Source: a virus
Taxonomy: Duplodnaviria > Heunggongvirae > Uroviricota > Caudoviricetes
Length of the DNA: 64,000 nucleotides
Reading direction: 5' to 3' (one strand)
IMG/VR virus record: IMGVR_UViG_3300006204_000004
Location: 62,067-126,066 of that record
This document shows positions 1 to 10,090 of the stretch, one piece after another. How positions within the stretch are numbered: the stretch's first letter is position 1; each line of letters starts with the position of its first letter. Below the pieces are notes generated by a model. It had not been told where the DNA came from. It did no database searches and saw only the letters and a program-made list of their open reading frames with translations. The position numbers and the translations under genes are program-made.

Positions 1-1864
1 AGAATTTGATACAGAGGCAAAAAAACAAAAGGCTATCAAACAAGAAATTGATGTTGCAAAAGAGATAGGAGCAAAAATATATGTTGTTTCTGATGGAGAT
101 ACCTTTATTTGGCTAAATCCAAAAACTGGAAGCTATATTGTTGATGAAACTGGAAATACGATAAAAAGAGAAATAAAACCAAAATCTGAAGCAAAGAAGT
201 TGGCAGATTTTATTGACCTCGTAGCCCTTTCGGTTTCAGATGTAAATAATACTATTCTTAAGACAAAAGATATTGACCCTACAGACCTTGCGAAGAAAAT
301 AGCAGGTATTTTAAAGAGAATGACTTTTGCTTCTTCCAAAATGTCTTTATATACATTTGTGGAAGTATTTCTTTTTAAATATCTTTCAGACATAGATGTT
401 TTAAAAGACGATAATTCTTTTGCTCATATCTATAGTTTATATGATGAAGACAAGAAAAAACGAAAAACTGACGCTGATATTTTAGGTGCATATATTGAAG
501 GACCAAGAGAACAAATGATAAAGCTTTTTCCTGAAGGTAAAGATGGAACAAGTATTATCAATGGTCAAATTTTCCATGTTAAAAAAGGAATTGATGGTCA
601 TTATATCGAAGAAGATGCTCACGCTTTATGCTTTAAAAATATAATGGAAGAATTTGCAAAATATGAAAAGAAAAACGGTAAATTTATTAATATAAGCAAG
701 GATTTTAAGTCAAAGTTATTTGAAACATTTATGAAGAATAGTGATGATAAATCAGATATGGGGCAATTTTTTACTCCATTAAAGATTGTTCGTGAAATGG
801 TTGATATGGTTACAATTTCTAATGGTATGAAGATTTGTGACCCTGCTTCTGGCGTAGGTAAATTTTTGCTAGAAGCAGCATCCAATATATCTTTTGAAAT
901 GAAATCGGGAAAATTAATTTCTGGAGTTGAATTAACAGGATTTGAAAAACAAATGTCTGGAAAAGATGATATAACAACTATCCTTGCAAAGGCAAATATG
1001 CTTATTTATTTTTCTAATCTGTTTAAAGATAACAATAATTTAACGGATATTCAGTATCTTTCCAATGAATTATTAAACAAAACATTTTATTCCAGCAAAA
1101 CTGCTCTTGGAACACTTGAAAATTTAGAAGAAAACAAATATGATTTAATACTTGCTAACCCTCCATATTATCAGGATAAAATCATATCGGACTTGGCATT
1201 AGCAACAGGATTCTATAAAGCTAAAGGAAATGGTGTAGAAACTTTATTTTTAGAGTGGATAATCCGTTCTTTAAAATATGGAGGAACAGCGAATATTGTT
1301 CTTCCTGATGGTATATTTACAAATCTAGGAAATACTAATTTAAAGCGACTTATACTTGATACTTGTTTTATTGAAAGCATAATTTCACTTCCTGTAGGAA
1401 GTTTCTTTAATACACCTAAGAAAACATATATTTTGACTTTAAAGAAAAAGACTGAAGAAGAAATAACTACTGGAATAAAACAATCCTATAAAATATTTGT
1501 ATATATCTGTAAAAGTATTGGAGAAGAATTGAATGTTACTAGGTTTGATACTCCTGACGATAATGATTTACATAGTGCAGTAAGCAAATATAATTCCTAT
1601 AAAAATTTGCCAAATAAAGATAATATACAAGAACCTTTCAAAAAGTGGTTTGAAGATGATGGAAAAATGAAACTATTATCTGTGGATAATTTCCCTTCAG
1701 ATTCAAATTGGAATATAGATAATTTCTGGACTGATGAAGAAAAGATAGAACTCGGTTTTAAAGAAGCAGATAATGTAATGACACTTAATGAATTTCAATT
1801 ATTCCTAGATGAACTTACAAATGACATTGCAAATTATAAGGAGGCTATGGAATGTCTGAAATGA
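1..1864 (+). CDS. hsdM: Type I restriction-modification N6-adenine DNA methyltransferase (M subunit), 5'-partial at window edge
   Basis: Reading frame is open from nt 2 to the ATG at 200 with no stop. SAM motif DPASGVGKFLLEA and catalytic NPPY (LILANPPYYQ). Overlaps the start of a downstream specificity subunit. Confidence 0.85.
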   Translation, partial: EFDTEAKKQKAIKQEIDVAKEIGAKIYVVSDGDTFIWLNPKTGSYIVDETGNTIKREIKPKSEAKKLADFIDLVALSVSDVNNTILKTKDIDPTDLAKKIAGILKRMTFASSKMSLYTFVEVFLFKYLSDIDVLKDDNSFAHIYSLYDEDKKKRKTDADILGAYIEGPREQMIKLFPEGKDGTSIINGQIFHVKKGIDGHYIEEDAHALCFKNIMEEFAKYEKKNGKFINISKDFKSKLFETFMKNSDDKSDMGQFFTPLKIVREMVDMVTISNGMKICDPASGVGKFLLEAASNISFEMKSGKLISGVELTGFEKQMSGKDDITTILAKANMLIYFSNLFKDNNNLTDIQYLSNELLNKTFYSSKTALGTLENLEENKYDLILANPPYYQDKIISDLALATGFYKAKGNGVETLFLEWIIRSLKYGGTANIVLPDGIFTNLGNTNLKRLILDTCFIESIISLPVGSFFNTPKKTYILTLKKKTEEEITTGIKQSYKIFVYICKSIGEELNVTRFDTPDDNDLHSAVSKYNSYKNLPNKDNIQEPFKKWFEDDGKMKLLSVDNFPSDSNWNIDNFWTDEEKIELGFKEADNVMTLNEFQLFLDELTNDIANYKEAMECLK

Positions 1865-2970
1865 ACTATAAAACTATTACAATTAGCGAAATATTTGATT
1901 TTACAATAAGTACAAATAGTGGATTGACAAAATCTTTTGTCAATTCACATAAAGGGAATATTCCTGTTTACGGTGCTTCTATTGAACCAGAAGTTCCATC
2001 TTACGGTTATATAGAAGATAATATTGATGGGATTAAGTACTTTGAAGATATTCTCACCTATAACAAAGATGGTGCAAGCGGAAGATTGTTTTACAGAGAG
2101 GGTAGGTTTACTATTTCTGAAAAGGTTGTACCTTTGGTTATATTTGATAAATATAAATGCTCATTAAGTTGTGACTATTTAAAATATGTAGTAGAATATG
2201 CAGCCTTAAAAAATAACACATATACATATGCCAATAAGGCAACAAAAGTAAAATTCAAAAACATCACTATTGAAATACCTATAGATGATAGAGGTTTTTT
2301 TGATTTAGAAAAGCAAAAAGAATTGGCTCTTAAATATCAGGAATTGGAAGAAAAAAAGAATGTATTATTAAATAAGATTGAATGTCTAAAAAGGGCTAAG
2401 ATAAAATTTGATTCTGATTATTCTGGATATGCTCAAATTGATTTCAACAAAATGGTAACACATCATAACGGTAAAGCGGCTTATACAAAGGAATATTGCC
2501 AAAAGCATAAAGGAGATATCCCTGTATATTCAGCAAATAACAATACACCTATAGCATTTATGGATAAGGCGGATTACTCTGGGGAATATCTTACCTATTC
2601 AAAAAATGGCTGTGCTGGCTATATTACCGTAAAAAATAGTGATTTTTCTGTGAATGGTGACAGATGTGTTATTACATTAAATAAAGGCTATGATAATATT
2701 GATTTACATTATTTAAAATATTTCTTAGAACCTGTTTTTAGGGCTAATATCAAGGGCAGAATTGGGATAAATGGCAAAAATGAATATACAAAAATTAATA
2801 GTACAATGATAAAAAAATTAAACTTAAAAATTCCTATTCCTGTCAAAAAAGATGGCTCTTTTGATTTGGAAAAGCAAAAAGAAATTGCTCAAAAGTACGC
2901 AATAATAGAATCCATAAAAAGAGATTTATATAATCGAGTATTAGAATTAACAAATATTGTCATTATATAA
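1852..2970 (+). CDS. hsdS: Type I R-M specificity subunit (two target-recognition domains)
   Basis: Overlaps the hsdM stop. Two half-repeats, each ending with the conserved helical repeat FDLEKQKE(L/I)A.KY. Size is typical of HsdS. Confidence 0.8.
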   Translation: MSEMNYKTITISEIFDFTISTNSGLTKSFVNSHKGNIPVYGASIEPEVPSYGYIEDNIDGIKYFEDILTYNKDGASGRLFYREGRFTISEKVVPLVIFDKYKCSLSCDYLKYVVEYAALKNNTYTYANKATKVKFKNITIEIPIDDRGFFDLEKQKELALKYQELEEKKNVLLNKIECLKRAKIKFDSDYSGYAQIDFNKMVTHHNGKAAYTKEYCQKHKGDIPVYSANNNTPIAFMDKADYSGEYLTYSKNGCAGYITVKNSDFSVNGDRCVITLNKGYDNIDLHYLKYFLEPVFRANIKGRIGINGKNEYTKINSTMIKKLNLKIPIPVKKDGSFDLEKQKEIAQKYAIIESIKRDLYNRVLELTNIVII

Positions 2971-2976
2971 TATACA

Positions 2977-3008
2977 CCCTCTGGTTTTAGCTACCAGAGG
3001 GTTATTTT
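2977..3008 (+). terminator. Rho-independent terminator after hsdS
   Basis: CCCTCTGGT-tttagct-ACCAGAGGG followed by TTATTTTG. Confidence 0.5.
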
Positions 3009-3061
3009 GAACTAATAAAATACTCATGTTTTCTCCTCCGAAAGGATGTGATACTTATGAA

Positions 3062-3601
3062 TTAAAAATCACTACCACATTGATTACAGTGCCATTGCTT
3101 AGCATTCCTACCAATACTAAAAATTCCAAAGAAAGCTGTATGCACTGCCTTTGAGGTTGTTGTAATCTTTTTTGTATTTGTTGAATTGCAATATGGGCAT
3201 TTAATAGATGGAGAAAATTCTGGTGCTTTTTCCATTAAATTATCATAATAATCATTTTCATCTTTTTCAGATTGTAGTCTACTATTAAATAAATTGTTAT
3301 CGTATTCTTTACTATTAACTACGTATTTCATACGCATTTGTTGTTCCCATTTTTCTAAGGAGCCTTCTAGCATTATCGTAGTCCAGTCATCTTCTGTACA
3401 ATGACAATTTATCATTTTTGTTCCGCAATCAGGACATTTTTCTTTACCTGCTATAATTTTACCACACTTGGGGCATATATTCATTCCTGTAGAAGATGGT
3501 TCGTTTTTTGCTATTTCATCTATTGGATAGCCGCACTTTGGACAATTTTTTGCTTTATCTGAAACTTCGCTCTGACATTCTGGACATTTTATTAAAGCCA
3601 T
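3062..3601 (-). CDS. Multi-CxxC zinc-ribbon protein (paralog 1 of 3)
   Basis: Several CxxC pairs. C-terminal module CPYCNSTNTKKITTTSKAVHTAFFGIFSIGRNAKQWHCNQCGSDF is shared with the ORFs at 6196 and 8266. Likely start is MALIKCPEC, with GGAGG 7 nt upstream. Confidence 0.55.
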   Translation of the reverse strand: MALIKCPECQSEVSDKAKNCPKCGYPIDEIAKNEPSSTGMNICPKCGKIIAGKEKCPDCGTKMINCHCTEDDWTTIMLEGSLEKWEQQMRMKYVVNSKEYDNNLFNSRLQSEKDENDYYDNLMEKAPEFSPSIKCPYCNSTNTKKITTTSKAVHTAFFGIFSIGRNAKQWHCNQCGSDF

Positions 3602-3898
3602 TTTATTCCTCCAACTATTGTAATAGGATAATATTAACATATTAAATCATATTATTATAGTTAGAACATGAGTTTTGTCATATTATTACAAAACAAATGA
3701 AATATATATCTTTTTATTTTAAAGATGTATACAAAAAGTCGATACTATTTTCACTGACTGTATGATAATGTATAATATCGACATTTTTTGGAGAATAGTA
3801 TTATTAGAATAATACGTAACAGTTAATATATTCTTGTTAATCAACAAACTTGAAACATGTGTTTTGTATTGTCAAATTTAGTCTAATATGATAAAATT

Positions 3899-5272
3899 AT
3901 GGAGGTCTTAACAAATATGGAGGATAAAAAAGTGAAATTAATAAGCATTACAATCAAAAAATTATATGGATACTATAACTATGATGTTGATTTTAATTCA
4001 GATGTTACATTTATTTACGGTTTAAATGGTTGTGGAAAAACAACAATACTTAATATTACCGAGGCTATAATAACTGGTCAGTTATTTAAGTTATTTAGCT
4101 ATAATTTTGATTTTATCAAATTAACTTATGCTAAATCAGGAAGAATAAATTATAAAAAGTCAATATTAATTCAAAATGATATAGCAAAACTCAAAATTCA
4201 CTTTAATAATAATGAATTCGTTATAAATTACGAAAACACTTTACACTCTTCTAAGAATATACATGAAATTCAAATGTATTATTATACGCATTATGATTTT
4301 TTAGTTGAAATCCAAAATACTTTTAATTATGTATACTTGCCTTTAAATCGTTCATATATGCCATATGATGAATTAAATAGTATTTTTCAATATCCTAAAT
4401 ATCGAAATAGTTTTACAAAGAAGAATGACATATATTTAAACAAAGAAGAACGAGATGGTGCAATGCAAAAGATAGAATCATTAATATATCAAAATCATTC
4501 AAGAGCTAGTTTAACAATAAACAGAATTAATGATCAATTTAGAAATAGTATTTTAAAGCCACAAATAGAAATAGGCACCACATATAAATTTTCAAATTAT
4601 TTGCGAGAAATTAAGAATTATAATATTCCCAAATTAGAAAAAACCAAAATGGAATATATAAGAATACTTAAAGATTTAAATATTATTAATTCTATTGAAG
4701 AAGAAAATTATAATAATTTTTTTAATAATTTTATTCTTGAATTTTCCAAATTCACGAACGACATTGAAGAGGTAAGTATATCACTTGAATTAATTTTTAA
4801 ATTTCAAGAAATTTCGCGAATTCAGAAAACAATAGATATAGCTGAAAAAATGGAACAACGAAAAGCAAAGGTTAGAAAACCGATGGAAACATTTTTAAGC
4901 ACAATGAATAATTTTATAGGTCATAGCGATGAAGAAAAGGAACTTTGTATTAATAATGAAGGAGAAATATATTTTAAAACAAAATATTCGAAAGAACAAA
5001 TATCTATACAGCATCTTTCATCTGGAGAAAAACAATTAATTACCTTCTTTGCAAATTTAATTTTTAATGTACAAGATAAATCGTATGGTATATTTGTTGT
5101 TGATGAACCTGAATTATCTTTACATTTATCTTGGCAAAAGATATTTATTGACAAAGTGTTAGAAATTAACAAAAATATACAACTAATATTTGCCACACAT
5201 GCACCTGAAATTATCGGAAGTAGAAGAAATAAAATGTATAAACTTGAGAAAAAATATATAAAGGCGGAATAG
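3899..5272 (+). CDS. ABC/AAA_15-type defense ATPase (AriA-like, PARIS-like)
   Basis: Walker A GLNGCGKTT, ABC signature LSSGEKQ, Walker B VVDEPELSLH, H-loop ATHAPE. Length 457 aa. Followed 5 nt later by a ~283 aa partner. Confidence 0.7.
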   Translation: MEVLTNMEDKKVKLISITIKKLYGYYNYDVDFNSDVTFIYGLNGCGKTTILNITEAIITGQLFKLFSYNFDFIKLTYAKSGRINYKKSILIQNDIAKLKIHFNNNEFVINYENTLHSSKNIHEIQMYYYTHYDFLVEIQNTFNYVYLPLNRSYMPYDELNSIFQYPKYRNSFTKKNDIYLNKEERDGAMQKIESLIYQNHSRASLTINRINDQFRNSILKPQIEIGTTYKFSNYLREIKNYNIPKLEKTKMEYIRILKDLNIINSIEEENYNNFFNNFILEFSKFTNDIEEVSISLELIFKFQEISRIQKTIDIAEKMEQRKAKVRKPMETFLSTMNNFIGHSDEEKELCINNEGEIYFKTKYSKEQISIQHLSSGEKQLITFFANLIFNVQDKSYGIFVVDEPELSLHLSWQKIFIDKVLEINKNIQLIFATHAPEIIGSRRNKMYKLEKKYIKAE

Positions 5273-5276
5273 TAAA

Positions 5277-6128
5277 ATGAATGAAGAATTGGATGATTTG
5301 TTATATTCAAATGAAGCTTTAGCCTCAAGATTTGTTCTTTTTCAAGGATTAAACGAAATAAATCTAATTGTTGAAGATACAGACAGAGAATATATTTATG
5401 AAACCATATTTAAACGTATGCTAGGGGATAATTATAATATTTCTGCTATATTTGCTGTCGGCGGTAAACAAGCTGTTATAGAAAGATATAAAGAGTTTCG
5501 TGATGAAACTGGTAGAATAAAAAATTTTTATATTGTAGATGGAGATTTCGATAGATATATTCATCAAGATGAAATGATATATGACACTTGTTTTATTTAT
5601 TTAGAAACATATAATATAGAAAATTACTTAATAGACGAAAAAGCTTGTTTGCAATTTTCAAAAGGTCATTTAAGATGCTTAGATAATGTTGTTAAAAATA
5701 AAGTTAATTTTAATGCGTGGAAAAACAGAATAATATCAGAATCTACTAAACTATTTTTATGTTATTGTTATGTGCAAAAATTTCACCCATATATAGAAAC
5801 TTTATCCCGCTCTTCTTTCTTGTTTCTTGATGATAAAACGGGTTTTGAAAGAGAAAATGCATACGAAAAATATTGGAATAATGAAATTTCTGTATTAGAC
5901 ACCAATCCACAAAATAAAATTGATGAAATTGATTCCATTTACAAATCAGTCAATGGCGATAATTACTTCAATCTTATTTGCGGGAAATTTTTATTAGACA
6001 GTTTATGTGCTTATTTAAGAAATTTGTTCGATGAGACTTTTAATAAAGAGGAATTTAAATGGCATTTAATCAATCATTTCGATATATCAAAATTAGACTA
6101 TATTAAGAATATAATTTTAACATCTTAG
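5277..6128 (+). CDS. DUF4435/TOPRIM-like partner of the ATPase (AriB-like)
   Basis: Tightly coupled to the upstream ATPase. Acidic motifs IVEDTDRE and YIVDGDFDR are compatible with a TOPRIM/OLD-type E...DxD arrangement. Size matches AriB. This is an inference, not a strong motif match. Confidence 0.45.
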   Translation: MNEELDDLLYSNEALASRFVLFQGLNEINLIVEDTDREYIYETIFKRMLGDNYNISAIFAVGGKQAVIERYKEFRDETGRIKNFYIVDGDFDRYIHQDEMIYDTCFIYLETYNIENYLIDEKACLQFSKGHLRCLDNVVKNKVNFNAWKNRIISESTKLFLCYCYVQKFHPYIETLSRSSFLFLDDKTGFERENAYEKYWNNEISVLDTNPQNKIDEIDSIYKSVNGDNYFNLICGKFLLDSLCAYLRNLFDETFNKEEFKWHLINHFDISKLDYIKNIILTS

Positions 6129-6195
6129 TACCCTAATTCATAGAAAGACGCCAATTATGGCGTCTCTCTATATTTATTATATTTTTATGTTTATT

Positions 6196-6378
6196 CTAAA
6201 ACCGACTACCACAGTTTCCACACTTCCAAGTCTTACCTGCATCATCTACTGCCCCTACCACACCAAACGTAGCTGTTTTAACGGCTCTGGTGGTAAGGGT
6301 TATTTTATTTATATTTTTTGAACCGCAGATAGGGCACTTTAGGATATTATTTATTTTGTCTAAGGATTTTTGTGTCAT
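6196..6378 (-). CDS. Small zinc-ribbon protein (paralog 2 of 3)
   Basis: CPICGSKNINKITLTTRAVKTATFGVVGAVDDAGKTWKCGNCGSRF matches the C-terminal module of the 3062 and 8266 proteins. Confidence 0.55.
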   Translation of the reverse strand: MTQKSLDKINNILKCPICGSKNINKITLTTRAVKTATFGVVGAVDDAGKTWKCGNCGSRF

Positions 6379-6511
6379 TTGTTTTAGTTTGGCTTCCTGC
6401 TCTATGTCAAAATGTAAAACATAATCATACTAGAATATACGTTCTGTATAGTATTTAGGCAAATAATGTAGTATACTGTAAATTATTGTATACTATATTT
6501 TATCATTTTGA

Positions 6512-7267
6512 TTGGAGAATTATATGATTAAAATAACAGATTATATTTTCTTTGGTGATTATAATTCACGGATACAGGAGTTGGCATGTTTATCTCCAGA
6601 AAAATGGACTTTTGATGGGTGTCCTGAAAACAGCATATTAAAGAATTATTTACAGTTTACACTTAATAAATTATTCGAAGAAAATAAGGTTATTGAAACA
6701 GATGTATATGCTGTATTTAATACTGGATTGTTTACTGAATTTTTTGAACCAATATATTTCTATTTGACACCTAATAATGCAGGCGGGACTCAAAAATGGT
6801 ATTTAAAACAAATTTGTACAGAATATGATCTTGGATTCTTTGGGATAACAAATATACCTGAAAGAGCTAATTATTTTCAAAATCCAGAACTGTTAATATT
6901 TGATGCAAAATGCAAAATAAATATACATTTTAGTCATATACTTAAGGATGACGAAAATGTAAAACGAATGCCTAAGGAAATAAAAGAAAGTGCTAATATG
7001 CAGTCTGCTTTGATAGGAGCTATAGATATAATGAAAAAAAGAGTGACTGCAAATTATAAAATTGCCGTACCACAATATTTTGATGGCAAAATACAATTGC
7101 TTTTACCATTATATTTATTAGAAAAACCACAGCCAGATTTAGCATTAGTTGTTACAAAAAATCCATCTGGCAACAGTTATCAAGGTCATACTTGTTTAAC
7201 AATGCAAATGGCTTATAATAATGCACGATTAATTGCTAAGCCAGATAGTAATTGGTTAATTCCATAA
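6512..7267 (+). CDS. Hypothetical protein
   Basis: Clean 251-aa ORF with an upstream extended -10 (TGTATAGTAT at ~6446). No motif I can name. Confidence 0.45.
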   Translation: MENYMIKITDYIFFGDYNSRIQELACLSPEKWTFDGCPENSILKNYLQFTLNKLFEENKVIETDVYAVFNTGLFTEFFEPIYFYLTPNNAGGTQKWYLKQICTEYDLGFFGITNIPERANYFQNPELLIFDAKCKINIHFSHILKDDENVKRMPKEIKESANMQSALIGAIDIMKKRVTANYKIAVPQYFDGKIQLLLPLYLLEKPQPDLALVVTKNPSGNSYQGHTCLTMQMAYNNARLIAKPDSNWLIP

Positions 7268-7401
7268 AATGTTGACTATATATCTCATTTGATATATAAT
7301 CACAATAGATGATGACATTTCATCTATATTCCCTCTTTGTATTTATACAAAGTTGATTTATTTAATTCCTTAAAAACTTTATATCATTTTTTAACATTCA
7401 A

Positions 7402-7436
7402 AAAAGCAATCTCGTTAAATTGAAATTGCTTTTATT
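7402..7436 (+). terminator. Putative rho-independent terminator
   Basis: AAGCAAT-ctcgttaaattga-AATTGCTT followed by TTATTT. Confidence 0.4.
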
Positions 7437-7462
7437 TACTTGAGAGTAAAAAGTTTATATGC

Positions 7463-8096
7463 TTAAGAAGCCAGTAAATCCTCACAGATTTCTGACTGAT
7501 CCTGCACTTCCTGAATTAATCGTGTTATGTGTAACTCGGGGTTCTGCCACATAAATCGAAAAATATGTTTTCGAAGATAATGCATCATGGCGCCTTCTGA
7601 CACTTTTCCTTTTGACGGTGTACGCTGGTAACGGATCTGTTCCGAATAGAGTTTTCCTTCCATTCGGAGTGACAGGCATTGAATGCTTCCCATCGCAATA
7701 CAGGACAGTGCCATGTGCATTTCAATCGCCTGCACTGCCTGCATGATTTTTCTGCGTGCATGGTCGCTTTCCACCTGCTCCAGGGCTGACGGTTCCGTTT
7801 TTTTCCGGTAATAATTCAGCCGGGGCATGTGCTGACCAGAAGTGATAACAGAAAGCTCCGGTCTGCTGCTTCAGCTCCCGGAAGGTGCATTCGATCTGGA
7901 ATCGGAAACTGTAAAGACGGATCATGGACAGATAACAGTCCGGTTTCAGGGCGAGGTCACGGATTACAGAAGTTACTCCGAGTTTATCGGAACGAAGCAT
8001 CAACCCCAGGGTAAGAACCACGAACCAGCGGAAAGCTGCTTTTCTGGAGAAGCAGGATACAAAAGAGGATAAAATTTTATCAATAAAATCGAACAT
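7463..8096 (-). pseudogene. IS4-family (IS10-like) transposase C-terminal remnant, frameshifted and N-terminally truncated
   Basis: Two overlapping minus-strand ORFs in different frames. YSFRFQIECTFRELKQ matches the IS4/IS10 Y-(2)-R-(3)-E-(6)-K C-terminal signature. The segment is ~50% GC in a ~28% GC background. Confidence 0.6.
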
Positions 8097-8265
8097 GGCA
8101 TATGGTCAACCACCGGAAAATATGGTAAACTCATACACAGAATAACTCTTTCAGGCGGTTTGTATCTTTCTTAAGTATTGGTAACTTAAAGATACCATAA
8201 AATGCCATAAAAGGGTTATTCTTTTTTATTAAAACTTTTTACTCTCCAGTTATTTACATTACTTT

Positions 8266-8622
8266 CTAAAAATCTGAACCGCACTGATTACAATGCCATT
8301 GTTTACCAATCTTCTTGCTGGCAAATCCAAAAATTCCAATTGACATCATTCTGCCAGTTGTTGTTATTTTCTTGGTATTAGAGCTATGGCAGTATGGACA
8401 CTCCACCACTGGTGCTGTCGCAACTGGTTTTCCAGGGTTGTTCTGTTTTCTTAATGATTCTTGATATGAATTTATTACTTTGCTTGTATTAGGATCGATT
8501 TCTTCTGTACTCAAATAAGTCATTTTCTGACCGCATTTAGGACATAAAAACTCACCATTTTTATCTGAATTAAAATCATAGGGTTCAAGACAATCATCAC
8601 AAAAATAAGTTACTATTTTCAT
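8266..8622 (-). CDS. Zinc-ribbon protein (paralog 3 of 3)
   Basis: C-terminal CPYCHSSNTKKITTTGRMMSIGIFGFASKKIGKQWHCNQCGSDF plus an N-terminal CDDC...CPKCG pair. Likely start is MKIVTYF. Confidence 0.55.
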   Translation of the reverse strand: MKIVTYFCDDCLEPYDFNSDKNGEFLCPKCGQKMTYLSTEEIDPNTSKVINSYQESLRKQNNPGKPVATAPVVECPYCHSSNTKKITTTGRMMSIGIFGFASKKIGKQWHCNQCGSDF

Positions 8623-8899
8623 AAGCTGATTACTCCCGTATTTTATTATAAGCATAATTATACTATCCACATAAGTATAATTCAAGTAGATTCTCCACAA
8701 ATCTGCAATGCATATGTGTTACTCCACATAACACAAAATAACAATAGTATGATATTCAAAACATTCAACAACGATTTAGATAAGATGTTTTGAATAAATA
8801 TCTTTAAGAAAGGAATTTATAAAAATGGATATTCAAAACATTACAAATAAAGAAACTGCTATGCATCTTCAGATAAATAGTAGCAGTCATCTATTTTCT

Positions 8900-9544
8900 T
8901 TATTTAGGTTCAAACTTTTTTACTATAGGAAGATGGCTTTCAGCTATATTTAAGAGATTATCCATTGTAATATTATTTGAATTACACTTCAATAGTGCAT
9001 CACTTAAAGTATTTATATCTTTACCAAAAACCTTTTCAAATTCATCCAAATTAATGATATTCTCAACGTTTTCTTCAAAAATATAAGATAAAAAAGTAAA
9101 TGATTTGCCTATGTAATAACAAAATAAATCCATTGCTTTGATAAAATCTTGAATCTTGGAAAGTTTTAAAGTTTTACTTTTTTTAAAAAAATCTGATTTT
9201 TGTTGTAATAAATCTTTTAGTAAAGTATCGTATTCTATTATATAAAAATTATCATCAAATGCTTCTGTAATATTAAATTCAGCCATCATTTCAATTTGAC
9301 TAGCATGATATTCTGAGTAAACATGTTTGATAAATGAATTCATTTCAAAATCTTTTAAATTAATATCATCATAAATATGAGTAAATTCATGGTATAATAT
9401 ATGCTTTGCAAAGGATGTTTTACACAAAAATCGATCAATACTAAAAATGTATTGACCATTGATATTCTTTATATTTGCAAAACTTCCTGCTGTTGCTTCA
9501 ATCAACTTTATTTTAAAAGAAGGCATTTTAAATGATATTTTCAT
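8900..9544 (-). CDS. HExxH zinc-metallopeptidase-like protein (ImmA/IrrE-like?)
   Basis: Motif YHEFTHIYDD (HExxH). No adjacent HTH partner seen. Confidence 0.45.
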   Translation of the reverse strand: MKISFKMPSFKIKLIEATAGSFANIKNINGQYIFSIDRFLCKTSFAKHILYHEFTHIYDDINLKDFEMNSFIKHVYSEYHASQIEMMAEFNITEAFDDNFYIIEYDTLLKDLLQQKSDFFKKSKTLKLSKIQDFIKAMDLFCYYIGKSFTFLSYIFEENVENIINLDEFEKVFGKDINTLSDALLKCNSNNITMDNLLNIAESHLPIVKKFEPK

Positions 9545-9653
9545 AAATTTTTGATATTCTTCATATAATTTGTTAACTGTAAACTCTGTTTGTTTTAATA
9601 ATATTATAACATTTTTATTAATTTTTAACCAACTCCTTATTTAAAAATTATAT

Positions 9654-9968
9654 TTAAAACCCTATCATAGCCAAACCACTAATTACACCTAATATGATAC
9701 TTAAAATCAACATAACAGTTATAAATTTCCTTATAAAATGTATGTCTTCCGCCATTTGATGAATATCTTTTTGTATGTTATATTGAGCATTAGTCCTAAC
9801 GTTCTGTGTTTTGCTATCATACTTTTTAGGATTATTAACATAATTTTGAACGTGATTAATACTCTTTCCAGTATTTGCTTTATTATCAGAATTTTGATTT
9901 GCTTTACAGTATGGACATATAACATCTGTATCTTCTATGTTTGAGTTACACCACTTGCATTTTTTCAT
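9654..9968 (-). CDS. Membrane-anchored zinc-ribbon protein
   Basis: N-terminal CKWC...CPYC, C-terminal hydrophobic helix VMLILSIILGVISGLAMIGF. Confidence 0.5.
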   Translation of the reverse strand: MKKCKWCNSNIEDTDVICPYCKANQNSDNKANTGKSINHVQNYVNNPKKYDSKTQNVRTNAQYNIQKDIHQMAEDIHFIRKFITVMLILSIILGVISGLAMIGF

Positions 9969-10090
9969 AGTTGTAGTCTCCTAATCATTTAATTGGACTA
10001 ATTATATCAGATTAAACCACATATTTCAACATTAAACTACTCTCCACAAGTAGTATAGCCAATCTCCACAATTGGCAAAACGTAAATAGT

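Noticed and set aside
7829-8072. Two plus-strand ORFs (61 and 76 aa) inside the GC-rich island
   Set aside because: They are antisense to the transposase remnant. The high GC inflates random ORF length.
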